Positions 37,358 to 50,464 of a DNA stretch of 64,000 nt are shown here, piece after piece (positions within the stretch are counted from its first letter, which is position 1; every line of letters begins with the position of its first letter). The translations under genes were made by a program, and so were the position numbers. The notes under the pieces were generated by a model. That model was given only the letters and a program-made list of their open reading frames with translations, had not been told where the DNA came from and ran no database searches. The stretch is from Eutreptiella sp. 'Long Island Sound 2002' (Eukaryota > Protista > Euglenida), in contig OZ038378.1 in assembly GCA_964036045.1 (NCBI GenBank), positions 16,802,001-16,866,000 on the forward strand. Reading direction: 5' to 3'.

Positions 37358-37399
37358 TACAGTAATATTTCATTGTGGGAAATTTCGTACTTCAAATGT

Positions 37400-37990
37400 G
37401 TGTGAAATTTCCCGCTCAATGTTCAGGCCATTGTGCGAAATAAACCCGGTGCGAAATTTAGCTACTGGGGCGCATTTTCACTGCCTCTTTGTTCTCTCGC
37501 TTTTGAGCTTCTCAGTGTGGGAAGAGGATGGAGGCGGCCCCTGAAATCTGGACTCCCTCCCTGGCTGGGAGGGTGTCTATACGCCCACAGTCCACGCGGC
37601 CGTCCCGGGGAGGGGGAAAGGCTCCGTCAAATCAAGGATCAGGGCCAAGGATCAAGGATCAGAATAATGAGGGAATTGGTGTTTGTTGTGCCCCAAAGCA
37701 GATACAGGGGCTAGTGCTGGATTCCCTTGGACCTTGGGGCATGGGATTGAGATCCAGGTCATGCAGGAACCCCCTGAAAGTAAAGAATGCAATGCTGGAA
37801 GCTCCTGGAAATTCCCAAAACAATCCTGGAACCCGCTGGAATTTGGCAGTGCAAAGCAGGAACTGCTCAGTAGTAAACAGTACAATTCTGGAATGGTGCG
37901 AAATTTCCCCCGGGATTTTCAGGCCATTGTGCGAAATAAACCCGGTGCGAAATTTTTTCGTGCCAAAAAATTCCCGGTGCGAAAATTTCC
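37400..37990. repeat. Direct repeat pair (ttcaggccattgtgcgaaataaacccggtgcgaaatt) at about 37421 and 37918
   Basis: Direct reading; probably a non-autonomous element with GCGAAAT subterminal motifs. Confidence 0.7.
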
Positions 37991-38559
37991 GCCCTCCCTG
38001 TATGGAGAGAGTACCAAGCTCCTCGGTATATCAGCGAAATTCTCGAGGGGTCTAATGGTTGATATAGAGAAGGAGTTTTTGGACCGCGTATCCAGTGTTT
38101 GCGCTTTGTGAGGCAAGAGACTAAAGTACATGATGGCTCAAGTAGGTGCGCCCATCCAGCTGGTCTGGCTGAAGGCACGAATTTCACCATGAACGCCAAC
38201 CTAAAAGGCATTTTTCGGCAAGACAGGGAGCTAAAGCAGAGGGGAGATACAATGTTGGTCAATCCTGGACCTTCAATGTGAGGCTTGGTAAAGGGCCAAC
38301 TGCTGCCAATGCACTGACCCTTGCAGTGGCTTGCTTATGCATGTTGGTATGCTGCTCACGCAGTCCTCTCTGGTGTTGCCTCTGTGCCCAAAGTATTCTC
38401 GCGTTATTGGATATGGCCAGGAGCATATTGAAGGATGGGTCAGGGCGAGGAGCCTGTGGAGGAATCGCCATCAATGGACGTGTTATTGTATCATTGCTGT
38501 TGATGTTTTCCTGATGTAATTGCTTCAGTTATCATGTTGCGTAACCGTGTGGTGCTGTT

Positions 38560-38780
38560 GATGCTGCTGCTGTCATTGCTGCCACTGCCGCCACCACCAC
38601 GCTGCTGTTCTTTGTTATTTGCTGTCGTTCTGCTACTGTGACATTGCTGTGTTTTGTTGCTGCTGCTGGTGATGGTGGTGCTCATTGCTGTTGCTAAATG
38701 CTGCAGCAGGTCACCGTTGCTATTGCTGCTAATGCTGCTGCTGCGTCAACACCACCACTGCATGCTGGTGGTGGTGCTAC
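38560..38780. repeat. Degenerate (GCT/GGT)n trinucleotide tract
   Basis: Direct reading. Confidence 0.8.
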
Positions 38781-41700
38781 GTTTGTGAAGCTGGATTGTT
38801 GGATTGTTGAGGCCTACACTTCACCGTGCCCATTGCATCCGCAGGCTGCCAGTCAAAGCTCCGTCCCATACGCCGCAGCGCTGGTGGTCTGGGGTTACAG
38901 GGCTTGTAGCCCATGCCCATGATACTGATCTGTGGCTCTACTGACGCCCACGGCAGCATCCATCCCTCTTTTGACCCTGCATTGCAACATGGCCTCAGAC
39001 CCCACAGGACACACAGGATCTGCACCTGGCAGTAGCAACGGGCACCAGGCAGCAAGCACAAAGCGGGCAGCAGGCAGCAGGCAGATGCTGGCAAGTGTGT
39101 CAAGCAGACTGATATCGTTGGCGGCGTTTCTGCCCATTATGTCAACTATACAACCATCGAAACAGCTGTGTTCTGGGAACATAATCGTAACATGACAGCC
39201 GGTATGCTTGGAGGTTCCGGTTCAGACAAAGGACAGCAGGCAGCTCCAGCCACCTAAACTTCTGGCCCCAATGCCAACGCATTTTGAGTCGCCCTCCCCA
39301 ACTGAGCGCACCCAGCCCTGTCTCAGAGTGCAGGCCTGAGACCCCTGACCTACCATCCCAGTGCTCCAAACAGCCCCCTCCCCTGATCTACCTCATTGCC
39401 TCACCTCAGAGCATAGGCCTGACAATCCTAATTTGTAACTGTACATGCTCTCCCCACACGGTTCTTTTGCTTCTCAAGCTTTCCCCTCTACATAAACACC
39501 CCAGGGCGATGAGGGATTGAGAATCAGCTGACCCCCCCCCCCCTGAGGCCCTGAGCACCTGTATACTAAGGGGGGCACCAAATCTTGTTGAGGTCTGGTG
39601 GGCAAATTCTGTACCTCCATTTGCGGTACACATTCCTGGGATTGGACTGTTGTTTGGGCCCCATGCCCAGCCCCAAAGAATTCCGGCGACATGATGCGTG
39701 TTGACATGATGGGCATCGCCATGGTCGGCCAACGTCATTTTGGTCACGATGATGTTTGGCGCAATGGTGACCGTGATGGTGATCCTAATGCATCATTATG
39801 ACCGTCATCAGTTGCCTAGGATGGTTGATGATGATCATCATGAGGGCTATCATGAGGGATATTGGTTGCCAGAATGGGCACCAGGATCCAAGAAAATGAT
39901 TTTGGGCCATTATCATTGCCTTGCATAACCCCCAAGGAGTGAATAACTGCCAGTAACACAACTGTGCTGCAGGGACACCCATTGCACAAATCGCATAAGT
40001 GAAGACTAACTTCCGCCAAAGCTGCCTCTACGGGTAACTAAACGTTTGCCAACATGGCACTACTGCACTACCCCACTTCTTGAAACGAACTCTGTGATCA
40101 GCCAGGAGCAGAGTCTGCTGACCCCTGGTTTGAAATAAAAGGGGGCGATTTTGTTGTACCAGACACCCAATGACCTCTGGGTTGTTTGAGGAACCTTGTT
40201 GCAATCTGTGGGGTGCCGTCCATCCGAATGCACTACCAGTAACCGCCAATGACCGGAACCAGCAACCTCCTTTCTCCCAACACGAACCCGCTGTGCTTGC
40301 CAGATTACCCTTAATCTCCACCAATAACCCAACCGAATCAAGTTCGCCTTGTTATCAACTGTCAACCACCAAATGACCAGGGTTTCAGGCCATACACTGT
40401 TGTATTTGATGGTTCACAGTGAGGGCAGTGGGGTGATGTTTGGGGGCTTGAGATCATATGATGGTTGCTGGGGTCCAATTCAGGGTTGGAGTCTGTTTTT
40501 TGGTGAAGAACTTTGCAGCCACTGAATTCCCAGGTCCCAGGTCACCCAATACATAGATAGGCATTCCATGGTTACATGACCGCACTATCCAGCTTCCATA
40601 CACCAGAACCAGAACGATCTGTGTATCAATGGCAATTCAAGCATATGTGGTGGCTCTCATCCTGTTATGAGAAACAAACTGACTGATTATGATGCCAATC
40701 CAAGGGCAAATGTTTTGTAATCTGCCTGCAGCTCTCCTTTTTCTGCGTTTCGCTTTTGGAATGTGGTGCAGATGCAGCGTGGAGCTGAAGATGGGGGTGG
40801 CAGGGATGGAGAGGCTAATGGATGGGGACGGGGAAGGTGCTGCAGTTGAAGTCTCCACTAGTGTAACTAGGAAGCGGAGAAACAGACGATACATTGCTAT
40901 ATGCAATGCGAGGGGCAATTCTCAGGACAGAGAGCAGTCTGCACATTTTTTGCTGTGTTGTGCTCGTTTTCTTGATTTTGCCTGTCTTTGCGCAAGGGAG
41001 GTGGGGGTACCTTAGGTTGAACAAAAGAAAAACAACGCTGACACGACACCGCTGGCGAACAGCTGCACGCCAATGCTTAGTGCTCTGACGTGGTCTCCAA
41101 GGTGTAAATTTCCTTTTGTGTTGTATTAGCCTAATTGGGTGCTTGGCCTGATATTTTTTATCCGCACCTGGTGCTCTTTTGGCCCATCATGCCGTTTGGG
41201 TGCCGGGCCGTAGGGAGTCTGGAGTTTTGTGCATGCAGTACAAGTACCGGCACCAGGTGTATGACCATTCCCTTACAGCGCATGAGTTGGACTGTCAGGG
41301 GCACCACTTTGCAGTGTGAGCCACTTTCTTTGCACATTTCCCACAAATTCCCACCCACCCCAAGCATGGTGGGTGAGGCAAGTGACAAGAAAATAGCACA
41401 CCAAGGCTAGGGATAATCAAGGCCGCATAAAAGGCACAACAGAGAGTCTGCAACCACATGATGGCAAAGAGAAAAAAACACACAAAACAAGCCGCAAGCC
41501 GCGAGGGTGGCAACCAGAGCTGCAGGAAAAGGGCCAACATGCTGCACTGACAAGTGGAGGAAGCATGTAGTCGGCAACAGAAGCCAAAGAGCAAAACAAC
41601 CACACACCAGCCCAACCTAGGAACATTGTTAAAAAAAAAGCACCAAAAACAGCACACACACACACACACACACACCGACATACACAACAAAGCAAGAAAC

Positions 41701-42329
41701 AAAACAAAACAAACAACAAAATCACCAAACGGCACTCCACAAGACATGAAGCCGAGAAGAACTAGGGACAAAGGCGGACAACTGCTAGAAGGAAGAGCCC
41801 AGCCTACACGGTTGGTACCGCACAGCACATGTGCGGTATGGCATCCAAGCCCTGCAGCTTTTCAATGTAATGCAACGTGGCTTGTATTATTGAAGGGCGA
41901 GAGCATGTACGTAAACGTGGTCACAATACCTGAATTTTCTTGGTCAAAGTTGTACAAATGTGTTTTTGTATCGTTGCGTTTTAACCCAAGGTGCTCAGAT
42001 CTTTTGTAACCAAGCCATTCGAATGCATGTGGCACTACTAGAAATGTTTGTTTGCTAGCCGGTGCAGCCTACAACGGCGCGAGTGTTTTGTACATCTTTA
42101 ACCAAAAATCTTGAGCTATCTTATAACCAATCTGCATGCCCGTAATGCGGCCATAAAATCTGTCATTGCTAATTCTTGCATTCTTTTGCGGTGCCAGACT
42201 GGTTTAACCAAACAAAGTGCACGTTTTTTTTCAGAGCACTCCAACACTCCAACACTCCAAGCTTGCCCCACCACTGCCCCCACCGCCGCAATCCACCAGA
42301 AGTAGCCCAACCGACTTCAGGGTACCCGA

Positions 42330-43250
42330 ACACATCCTAAGGTATTCCAAGCTACCTTAACCAACCCCAAGGCACCCCCCACTACCACCCTTCGTCCGAA
42401 CTGACCACCACATACCCTAACCCACCCTAAGGTACCTCAAGGCACCCCAAACAACCCCAAGGTACCTCCGTGCTCCCCACTGCTCCACTCCCACAACCTA
42501 CTGCTATGTACTCCAAGATACACATAGCATAGCCCTCCGTACCACAACCCAATGCTAGGTAGTACAAGCCAGTTTGAAGTACCACAATCTAACCAAAGAT
42601 ATTCCAAACGAACCCAACCCACCTCACATTTTTGAAAACCAGATTTTCGGGTATCGGAAACGATGTCGGCTTGGTGGGATGGAGCGAAGCGACATTCCAC
42701 CAAGCCGTTCAAAACCCATGAAGCAAGAGTCCTTTGCAATTGGGTTAGCTTAATGGATGGGGCGGTGGGTGGGGGGGCGTAGATGAGGTTGTAGAGAATC
42801 CACCCTAAGGTATCCCAGGCGACCCCAACCTACTCCAAGATACTCTAACTCAAAGCAAGGTACCCAAACTCCCCCCGACCTACCCTAGGTACTCCAACCC
42901 ACACCAAGGTATCCCAACCCATCCTCACCTATCCCAAGGTACCCCTACTCGTCCAAATTCGCTAACCCACCTCAAGGTACCTTAACGCAACCCATATTGC
43001 CCAAAGCCACCATGCTTAAGGTACCTCAACATTCCAACCCTTTCCAACCACCTCCAAGGTACCTCAGTCCAGTCAAGGGTACCCCGACCCAGCCTGATCC
43101 ACCGCACCTTCCCCAAACCTCCCTTATGCTTCACCAACCCACCCCAATGTACCCCAAAGCGCCTCAACTGAGCCCAAGGTAACCAGAGCTGTCTAAAACC
43201 AACAAAAGGTACGCCAACCAGCTTGTCGTGGACCGCGTCCACATTTCAAA
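42330..43250. repeat. Degenerate C/A-rich satellite-like array built on aaggtacc
   Basis: More than 12 aaggtac(c/t) cores at irregular spacing. Confidence 0.75.
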
Positions 43251-44389
43251 CTCCGAGATACGTCATGGCATCCCAAGGTACTTTGCAGGCACCTGAAATA
43301 CCGAAGTACCGAAATACATTGCAACTTATCCCCACTCTGTAAGTCTGCAGATTAGTCTGCACGTATTCCAACGCATGCCACCGTTAGAGACCACCTTGGC
43401 CACCATTCGTAAGAAAAAAACGGTAGGGCACCTCAAGGTACCTGGTTTTGCCGATGAGCTACAACATACCGCAACTGAGCCCAAGGCGTGTCAACCCACC
43501 CCAAGATAGCCCGAGCTATCTCAAGCATTCACCAAGTAACCCAACTTTCGCTCTTTTCAATCACCACATACCGTGACCTACATAATGGACCATAATGCAC
43601 ACCATGAGATCGTAGCCCACCCCATAGTGCCCATTGCACCCAAGCAGCCGCAGCGTCTTTAACCCCCCTGTGTCCAATCAACCCCAAGGCACCCAAAACT
43701 ACCTCAACCCAACACGACGCATTTGAGCCAACACCGTCATTAGTGTTAGCTCTAGATTGTCAAGTCAGCACCTACAACCTTATGCAGTAGGCCCGAGTTA
43801 TGAATGTTTTTGTTTGTGTCATATTGACACTGTGTGTGTCATTTTGCTCAGTTGCCCCTACTTTTTTTAGTTAAGGGCGATGGTACAAGCTATCGGATAA
43901 AATGTTTGCATTATTTTTGCTTAAGATAAAGTATTTCCTTCTTACTTGCCATTAGCAAGCCTTTACTATATAAATAATACACTCAAAGTGAGAGTACGAA
44001 GTGTTTTAATGTAGCAAAGCCTTTCTTTTCATGGTGCTTGGCACAAGAAAAAGCTGAACATAGCAGAACAAATTCATGACCTTCCTTTGTACAAAGTTTT
44101 AACATGATTTCATGTATGGTGTCTTGTCTTTATTTGTCTCGTCATGTTCATCCCATTTATACATACACCACATATGCATACATCATCATACACCCGACAT
44201 CATCCAATATGACTCCATGGTACCCTAATCACCCTAATCAATAAAGTCTCAAGCCACTCAAATTCCGTGCCTCCTCTTGTGTAGCCTCCCCCCGCTTGTT
44301 TTGGTGCATTGTGTGTGTGCTCTTTTGCTGTTCAAAGCGCAGGGTCTTGTGTTGGACAGAGGGTGCGCACGGCAACGAGGGCCCCACGA

Positions 44390-45700
44390 CCTTCAAAATG
44401 CCGGACTGCTGCTCCATAGCAGAAAAACAAACAAACTTTGAGAGTTTTGAAAAATTTCCTTGTAGCCGCCAGAGCGAGAGACAGAGCGAACCATGCAGCT
44501 CCAATAGACAAACCCTTCTACAACCACGTTACAAGAAAACCAAGCTACTTGTGGATGATGAGCGAACACGAAATAAAAAAAACAAATACCATCAAAAAGT
44601 AACAGCCAGCCCAAACTTGTGCATATCTATGTATTCCGGTTTTTGTCTGTGTAATGCCCTGTTCCATAGCGTTACTGCCAAGTTCCTTGACACAAGAAGC
44701 GCCGCCAAAGATTTCAATGACATGAGAAGCCTAGCTGCTGTCCTTGACAAGAGAATGACAACCGTTGAATTCCTGAAAAAGGCAAAAGCACCAAGAAATT
44801 TCTTTGATAGAAAAATTGCCGCTGCCAAATTTTATGAAGACTTGATGATGGCCAAACAAATGCACTTTCTCATTAGCATGTCATGAAAAAGAATCACAAA
44901 GCGAGAAACAGAAAAACACGACGAAGCAAATTCTATTAGAATTTGAAAACTCGATGTTACTGCAGCTACATGTGGATTTCGTGCATTTAACCAGCTGCAT
45001 CCAGAATGTCACTTCAAGCACATCGGAATTTGAAATTTAAAAATCCGAACCACTACAAAACATTGCCGCTGTCCAACGGAAAGAACTCGCTAACCATTAC
45101 GCCAGGTGGGCGGCATACAGCCTGGTCTCTCCCCCCCCCCCCCAAACCCTATTCGCTTTTTCTAATTGGGTCCCGCTGATGGTCCACAAATTGCGCATCA
45201 AAGATTTCCATCACTTGAGCGCCAGCAACCTCCACTTCTACAGTTGTTATTTACACTCATGCACTGACCCCTACGATCCTATTTCATTCATCGCTGTGTG
45301 TCCTCACCTCGAACATCTTCTAGAGCCAATGGTAACAGCGTGGCCTCTCTTTTTGACATGCGCATTGGTGGACGGTTGCGTCCAAAAAAGACAAACGGAA
45401 CTTCACCCGCACTCTCATCCCTAACATCATGTGGAAAAAGCTGAAACAACCCACCCCAGGAACCACTGGCCCGGAGCACAGGGCCAGCCTGAAGACGGCT
45501 ATTCACAGCAGAAGGAATCCGCTCTCATTAGCGCTCCAAAATGCCACCGCCTGGTTATCCCAACACCCCACCCCATGGGACCCCAGAAAAGTGGCCCATC
45601 CCGTCACCTTAGACAACCGTTTTAAAATCGCCCATGGGAGCTTGAGCAAGTCACCCCTCCCCCCCCCCCCCCAGCAATATCACTCGCCGGAGGATCTGCC
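44390..45700 (+). mobile_element. Non-LTR retrotransposon 3' remnant
   Basis: Broken frames with CGFRAFNQLHPECHFKH, C...C.DPYDP.SFIAVCP and RNFTRTLIPNIMW, a zinc-knuckle-like LINE ORF2 C-terminus. Confidence 0.45.
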
Positions 45701-46396
45701 CAAGGCGGTGGCAGCAAAACCGGCTCCAGGGCCGACCCCCGCTCCAAATCCCAAAACAGCCAATCGGGCAACGCAGACCCAGCCCCCATCGCATCAGCAA
45801 AGCCATCAGGCAAAAGCAACCCACCCACGGAAGAAGTACCACCTACAGTTAGCAACCCCCCCCCCCCCCCCATCCACCCAACAGACACTTAGGTCCTTCG
45901 TCGGGCGCGAGAGCTTCTCAAGCTCTCAAGCAACAGGGCATTCACTCGTACGTAATGCCCAAGCCAGCCGCACAAAGATCGACAGGGGCCCGGAGGGGGA
46001 CCCAAGAAAAAACCTGCCGCACCCTCCAGACCAGACTCCCATTCGCCAATTCACCCCCCCCGCCCCCCGCTACCAATTGCTCGGGACGCGACGCCCCCCC
46101 CCCCCCAGGGGCGATGTCCGCACATTCTTGCCCCCCCCCTCCTCCTCAGCCACCAAACCCGGACTGACGGGGAGTCTGCCTGTAAACGTTGAATGACGGC
46201 CACATGAATGTTGTATGTCCTAACCAGTGTTTGTCTCTCATGTCCGGATCCGGAGCCCCGAATTCCATCGTGCACGAATGGCACACCCCGCGCTTGTAGA
46301 CGAAAGTCGCCATCTCCGTGGCCGAAGACGGCCGCGGAATTCACGTGTTCGCACACTACTCCAGCGCTACCCTCCCCTCCACGTCGGATTTCTCTG

Positions 46397-47240
46397 TCTC
46401 ACATGATCTGGTCCCGGGCATAAAACCAACCCCAAATGGGGGATAAAACCACCCTTAAAACCACCCCGGGTGGTTTTATGCCCACTTTTTAGGGAGATAA
46501 AACCACCCCTTTCGGGAGATAAAACCACCCCTTTGGGGGGATACAACCACCCCTTTTGGGGAATAAAACCACCCCCCTTATTAAAGCCACCCCCTTTCGG
46601 GGTGATAAAACCACCCCGGGGTGGTTTTATGCCACCAGAGCAACAAATGACAAAACCAGCAAACAAAAGCAGCCCGAGCAATGCTGCCACAAAAGCAATG
46701 CATGTTGAACTGGATGAATAGCAAACCCAAACCATGTCTGAAATCCGATCTCAGACCCCATTTGTAAAATTGGCCCCAGCCAGGTCAGACATCCTATGAC
46801 ACATATACAAAGAGCAAAGTGAAATAAATACTGAGTGTAAAACATATGTTGTTCCCTCATCCTACCTCTCCTACCTCCATACCCGAACTTATCTTCCGGT
46901 ACTGTGGTTCTAGGTTAACATAGAGAAGGGCCATACCCGTCCGCCCCTGAAGAGGTGACAACCCCCCCCCCCCCCGCCCAATGGGGATAAAATCACCGAA
47001 AACCGGGGACAAAACCACCCCAAAGGGGCAATACCCCCCCCCCCAATGACCCAATGGGGGGATAAAACCACCCCCTTGGGGGGATAAAACCACCCCTTTG
47101 CGGGGATAAAATCACCCCTATGAGGGGATAAACCCACACCCCCAAAAGGGGGGATAAAACCACACCCCAGGTGGCATAAAACCACCCCAGGGGTCAAAAA
47201 TGGCCAAAACAGGGGTTGGGGGTGGTTTTACACCCATGAC
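46397..47240. repeat. Two clusters of ATAAAACCACCC motifs (foldback/MITE-like)
   Basis: 46397-46633 is bounded by the inverted repeat GGCATAAAACC/GGTTTTATGCC; a second cluster lies at 46980-47240. Confidence 0.8.
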
Positions 47241-49466
47241 CATCACATGATCCTGGACCCCATAGCCAGAGAGCAACCCTCCACAGGTGGAACACAGACA
47301 ACCAGCCATCCAGCTCGCTCAGCACTGAGCCCCCCAACGGCAGCAAAGGGCGGCAGAACCCCGCGGCCGCGGGCGGTGGAGTTGTCCACGTGATTGAATG
47401 ATAAAGAGGTGAGAACACACCCGTGGCACAAGAGAAGTAAAGGTCCCTGAATTTATATTGCAGACTTTTGGGTTTTGTCACAAGACGGGGTCGCCCTTGG
47501 TCGTCCTCTGCACCCGTTTTGGCCGACCCAAACGGGGTGCCACACAGCCTACATGCCCAAAGGCGAACCTTTCAGGCTTCCGTTTCTGCTAACCCAACCC
47601 GCTATCCTTCCCAGCGGGCCATGTCCAAAGCTACCCTCCGCATGAACCTCGCAGTTGAGCCGGACTCAAAACGTGTGATCGTGTGCAAAACAAAACACTG
47701 CTGCTGCTCAGTGCCTACGTCGGCCTGAAAGAAAGGCTTCAAGCACCAATACAAAGCTTCATTGCACCTACAAATGATCTTCCAAACACTTCGAGAAAAT
47801 TTTCCTGTGAAACTGAATTTTCAGTTGTGGTCATGCACCTTTGCTCTGTGGCTGTTACTGGCCCCTTCAGAATGTAACGCCTTTTGATCCGTTCTTCGGG
47901 GTTTGGCGGTTCTCAATCACAATTGTAAAGATCTGGACATGCAGGTGCTACGCAAAATGTCAATCAACCATTGAGCAGTCTATTTGCATCTCTACACTCG
48001 TCAGGCTGTGCTTCCTTGCTCATAAAGCCCATCTTCAGCGCCTACTGGAGGGGCAAGAGTGGAGGAATGCATCCGGTGTTGAAAGCCACAACCATGGGCA
48101 GAAGGCTTTGGGGGGGGGGCCAATGGGGTCTGCATTGGGCAATGTGGTCAATGTTCGCTCCCGGTGGGAACAACCACCGGGCATTTCTTGTTGAGGGGGT
48201 GGCCCAGGGCATCGGCAAGCGAGCAACGGATGCGGGCATGCCGCGGGCATTGCACATGGCCTCGAACAGCTCCCTACTGCTGACTGGATGTAGGCCGAGG
48301 GGCAGCAATTCATCGCCCTCAGCAATTGTCAGTTCCCCCTCCACCTCCTCCCCCTCTTGGCATGGCACACAAAGCCCATCTGTGTGTGCCGTGCACAAAC
48401 CTGCCCGGTTGCAGCTGTAGCACTTGGCTACAACCTTCCCCCTGCACCTAACCCCCCCTGACACATCGGCGCCTTGGCACCCAGGCCTTCAAGCGATGCT
48501 GACACTAATGATCTTCAGTGTTGATATGAGGAGCAATGGCAGTGCATGTACTAGTGCAGGCGTTGGCTTTGTTGACTGTTGTTATCATGCTATTGGTGGC
48601 AGTAGGGCTAGGCCAGCTTCAATTTGCTGTAGTACGGAGTCCGATCTCAGATTACTTGGCGGGGAGGTCCACTGATGGAGGGGTGGGCAGAATGTGTTGA
48701 GGGCATGTTGAGGGGACATGCAAGCAAAAATTTGCAAAAGTGGCGTGGTTTCAGTGTAACATGCATGCCTCCCTGTCCTTCTACAAAACAGAACTGGGCC
48801 CCCCTTGGTCCATAAAGAAGGTTTGGCACCACCACTGACATGATCCTAATAGGATAAATTTAGGTAAAATCCGGGTCAGAAAAGCATTTGAGCCACCCTC
48901 GACAGTAGCTACGGGGCCGTGATATCTGTTGCGGTTGGCACACGGTGCAACTGGGAAAAAATAGGGAAAAACTAATAAATTACCTAAAAATGCTGTGCAC
49001 CATTAATTGGTAACATGTGGTTATCATCCTACCACCTTGCGTCCTACCTCATGCCAAAACCAGTCCACTCATGCCCAAATAGGTCGGTCGGTCATGCAAT
49101 GACCACAGGCACAAGGCCTGTACGAGCAACATCACCTTTATGATGAACGGCTTGCACATTGTTTTCCATGCCGTGCACTGCCATGGCAGAATTGGGGTTG
49201 GAGGTGTCTTTGGTGTGCTCTCTGGGCCGTCCACATGGCCTGCCAGCCCCCTTGGAGTATCGCTTTGTCCAGCTCCGTGTCACATGTACCTACGGGCCCA
49301 AGAGTGATTCACCCGTAGAGTTGGGCGGCCATACCTCCCGCCTTCAAGCACATTTGTGCAGTTCCTCCTTGAACATGTGGAATGTGAAGTCCTGGGAGGT
49401 ATGGGCCATGTTCATTGGCTGCGATATTGGTTCTGCTTTTTGAGTTCAAACCTACGAGCCACTTTA

Positions 49467-49950
49467 ATGATATGCCTGTTTTAGAGACATATGGGGCCAT
49501 GTGGTACCTCTAGGCACCGATCCACCTGCAAACACACATGCTTCAGCCTTTGGCTCAGAAATCATTTTCAACCATCAGACCATCAAAATGGGACAACAGA
49601 GGTTGGGCCCTTGTTTCTGGGGGCCAGAGAACAACTGATGGTCACCAGGATAGGGTAATGGGAGTGGTACAAAAATCAGAGAGGGCCATCCGTAATCCCG
49701 AACAGTGCCATACAAGGAGGGTTGCATGAGGTCCATATTGTAAAAATAGGTATTCGTCAATTTCTCGCCAAACTTCTGCAGCATGCACCCGAGGTCATAG
49801 GGAGTGCGTGCACCTTTTGAGGCCACACCTGCAAGCCAGTTTGATGACATGCCTGTTTTGGTGACATATGGGGTCATGTGGTACCTCCAAGCACCGATCC
49901 ACCTGCAGATTCAGCGTTTGGCTCAGGAATCAGTTTCTACCATCAGACTG
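49467..49950. repeat. About 110-bp direct duplication (49467-49580 and 49843-49950) within retroelement debris
   Basis: atgaYatgcctgtttt...gacatatgggg...gcaccgatccacctgca occurs twice. Confidence 0.85.
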
Positions 49951-50464
49951 GCATTGTATCTTGCCCTTGGGTAATCCTCCTTGCAAAAGAATCACACAAC
50001 ATTCTTCAGCCCAAAATTTCAATTTGTAACAGAACCCTTGGGTTCCCGTCCAAGTAAAAGCCTCCGCTTGCCGCACGTTCAGCCGGCCTGGCACTGACAG
50101 GACCTGCGGACCACAGGGCCCCATGCAGGCACCCATATTCATGCTGGGGTCCGCTCGTTCACTTTGTTCTGCTACTGCTGCTTCGCCTTTCTGTCAATGC
50201 AGAATGGACGAGCCCCGCAATCCTTCTGGGCTGCGGGTGAACCCCCTGCCGTCCTCTCCATCACTCTGCGCACGCAGTCCTATGGACGAAGCGGGGGGGG
50301 GGGAGGAACCGTCGTCGGGTGGCGGACAGCAGTTGTTGCCCCTGGACGGTGGTTGGCAGTGGGTTATACAATATGCACAACCGGCGTTTCCCGGGCTCCC
50401 TGCCAGACGTACTGCACCTTTCGAGGATTCCCTACCTTAGAGTGGCCGGGACTGACCATCGGGC

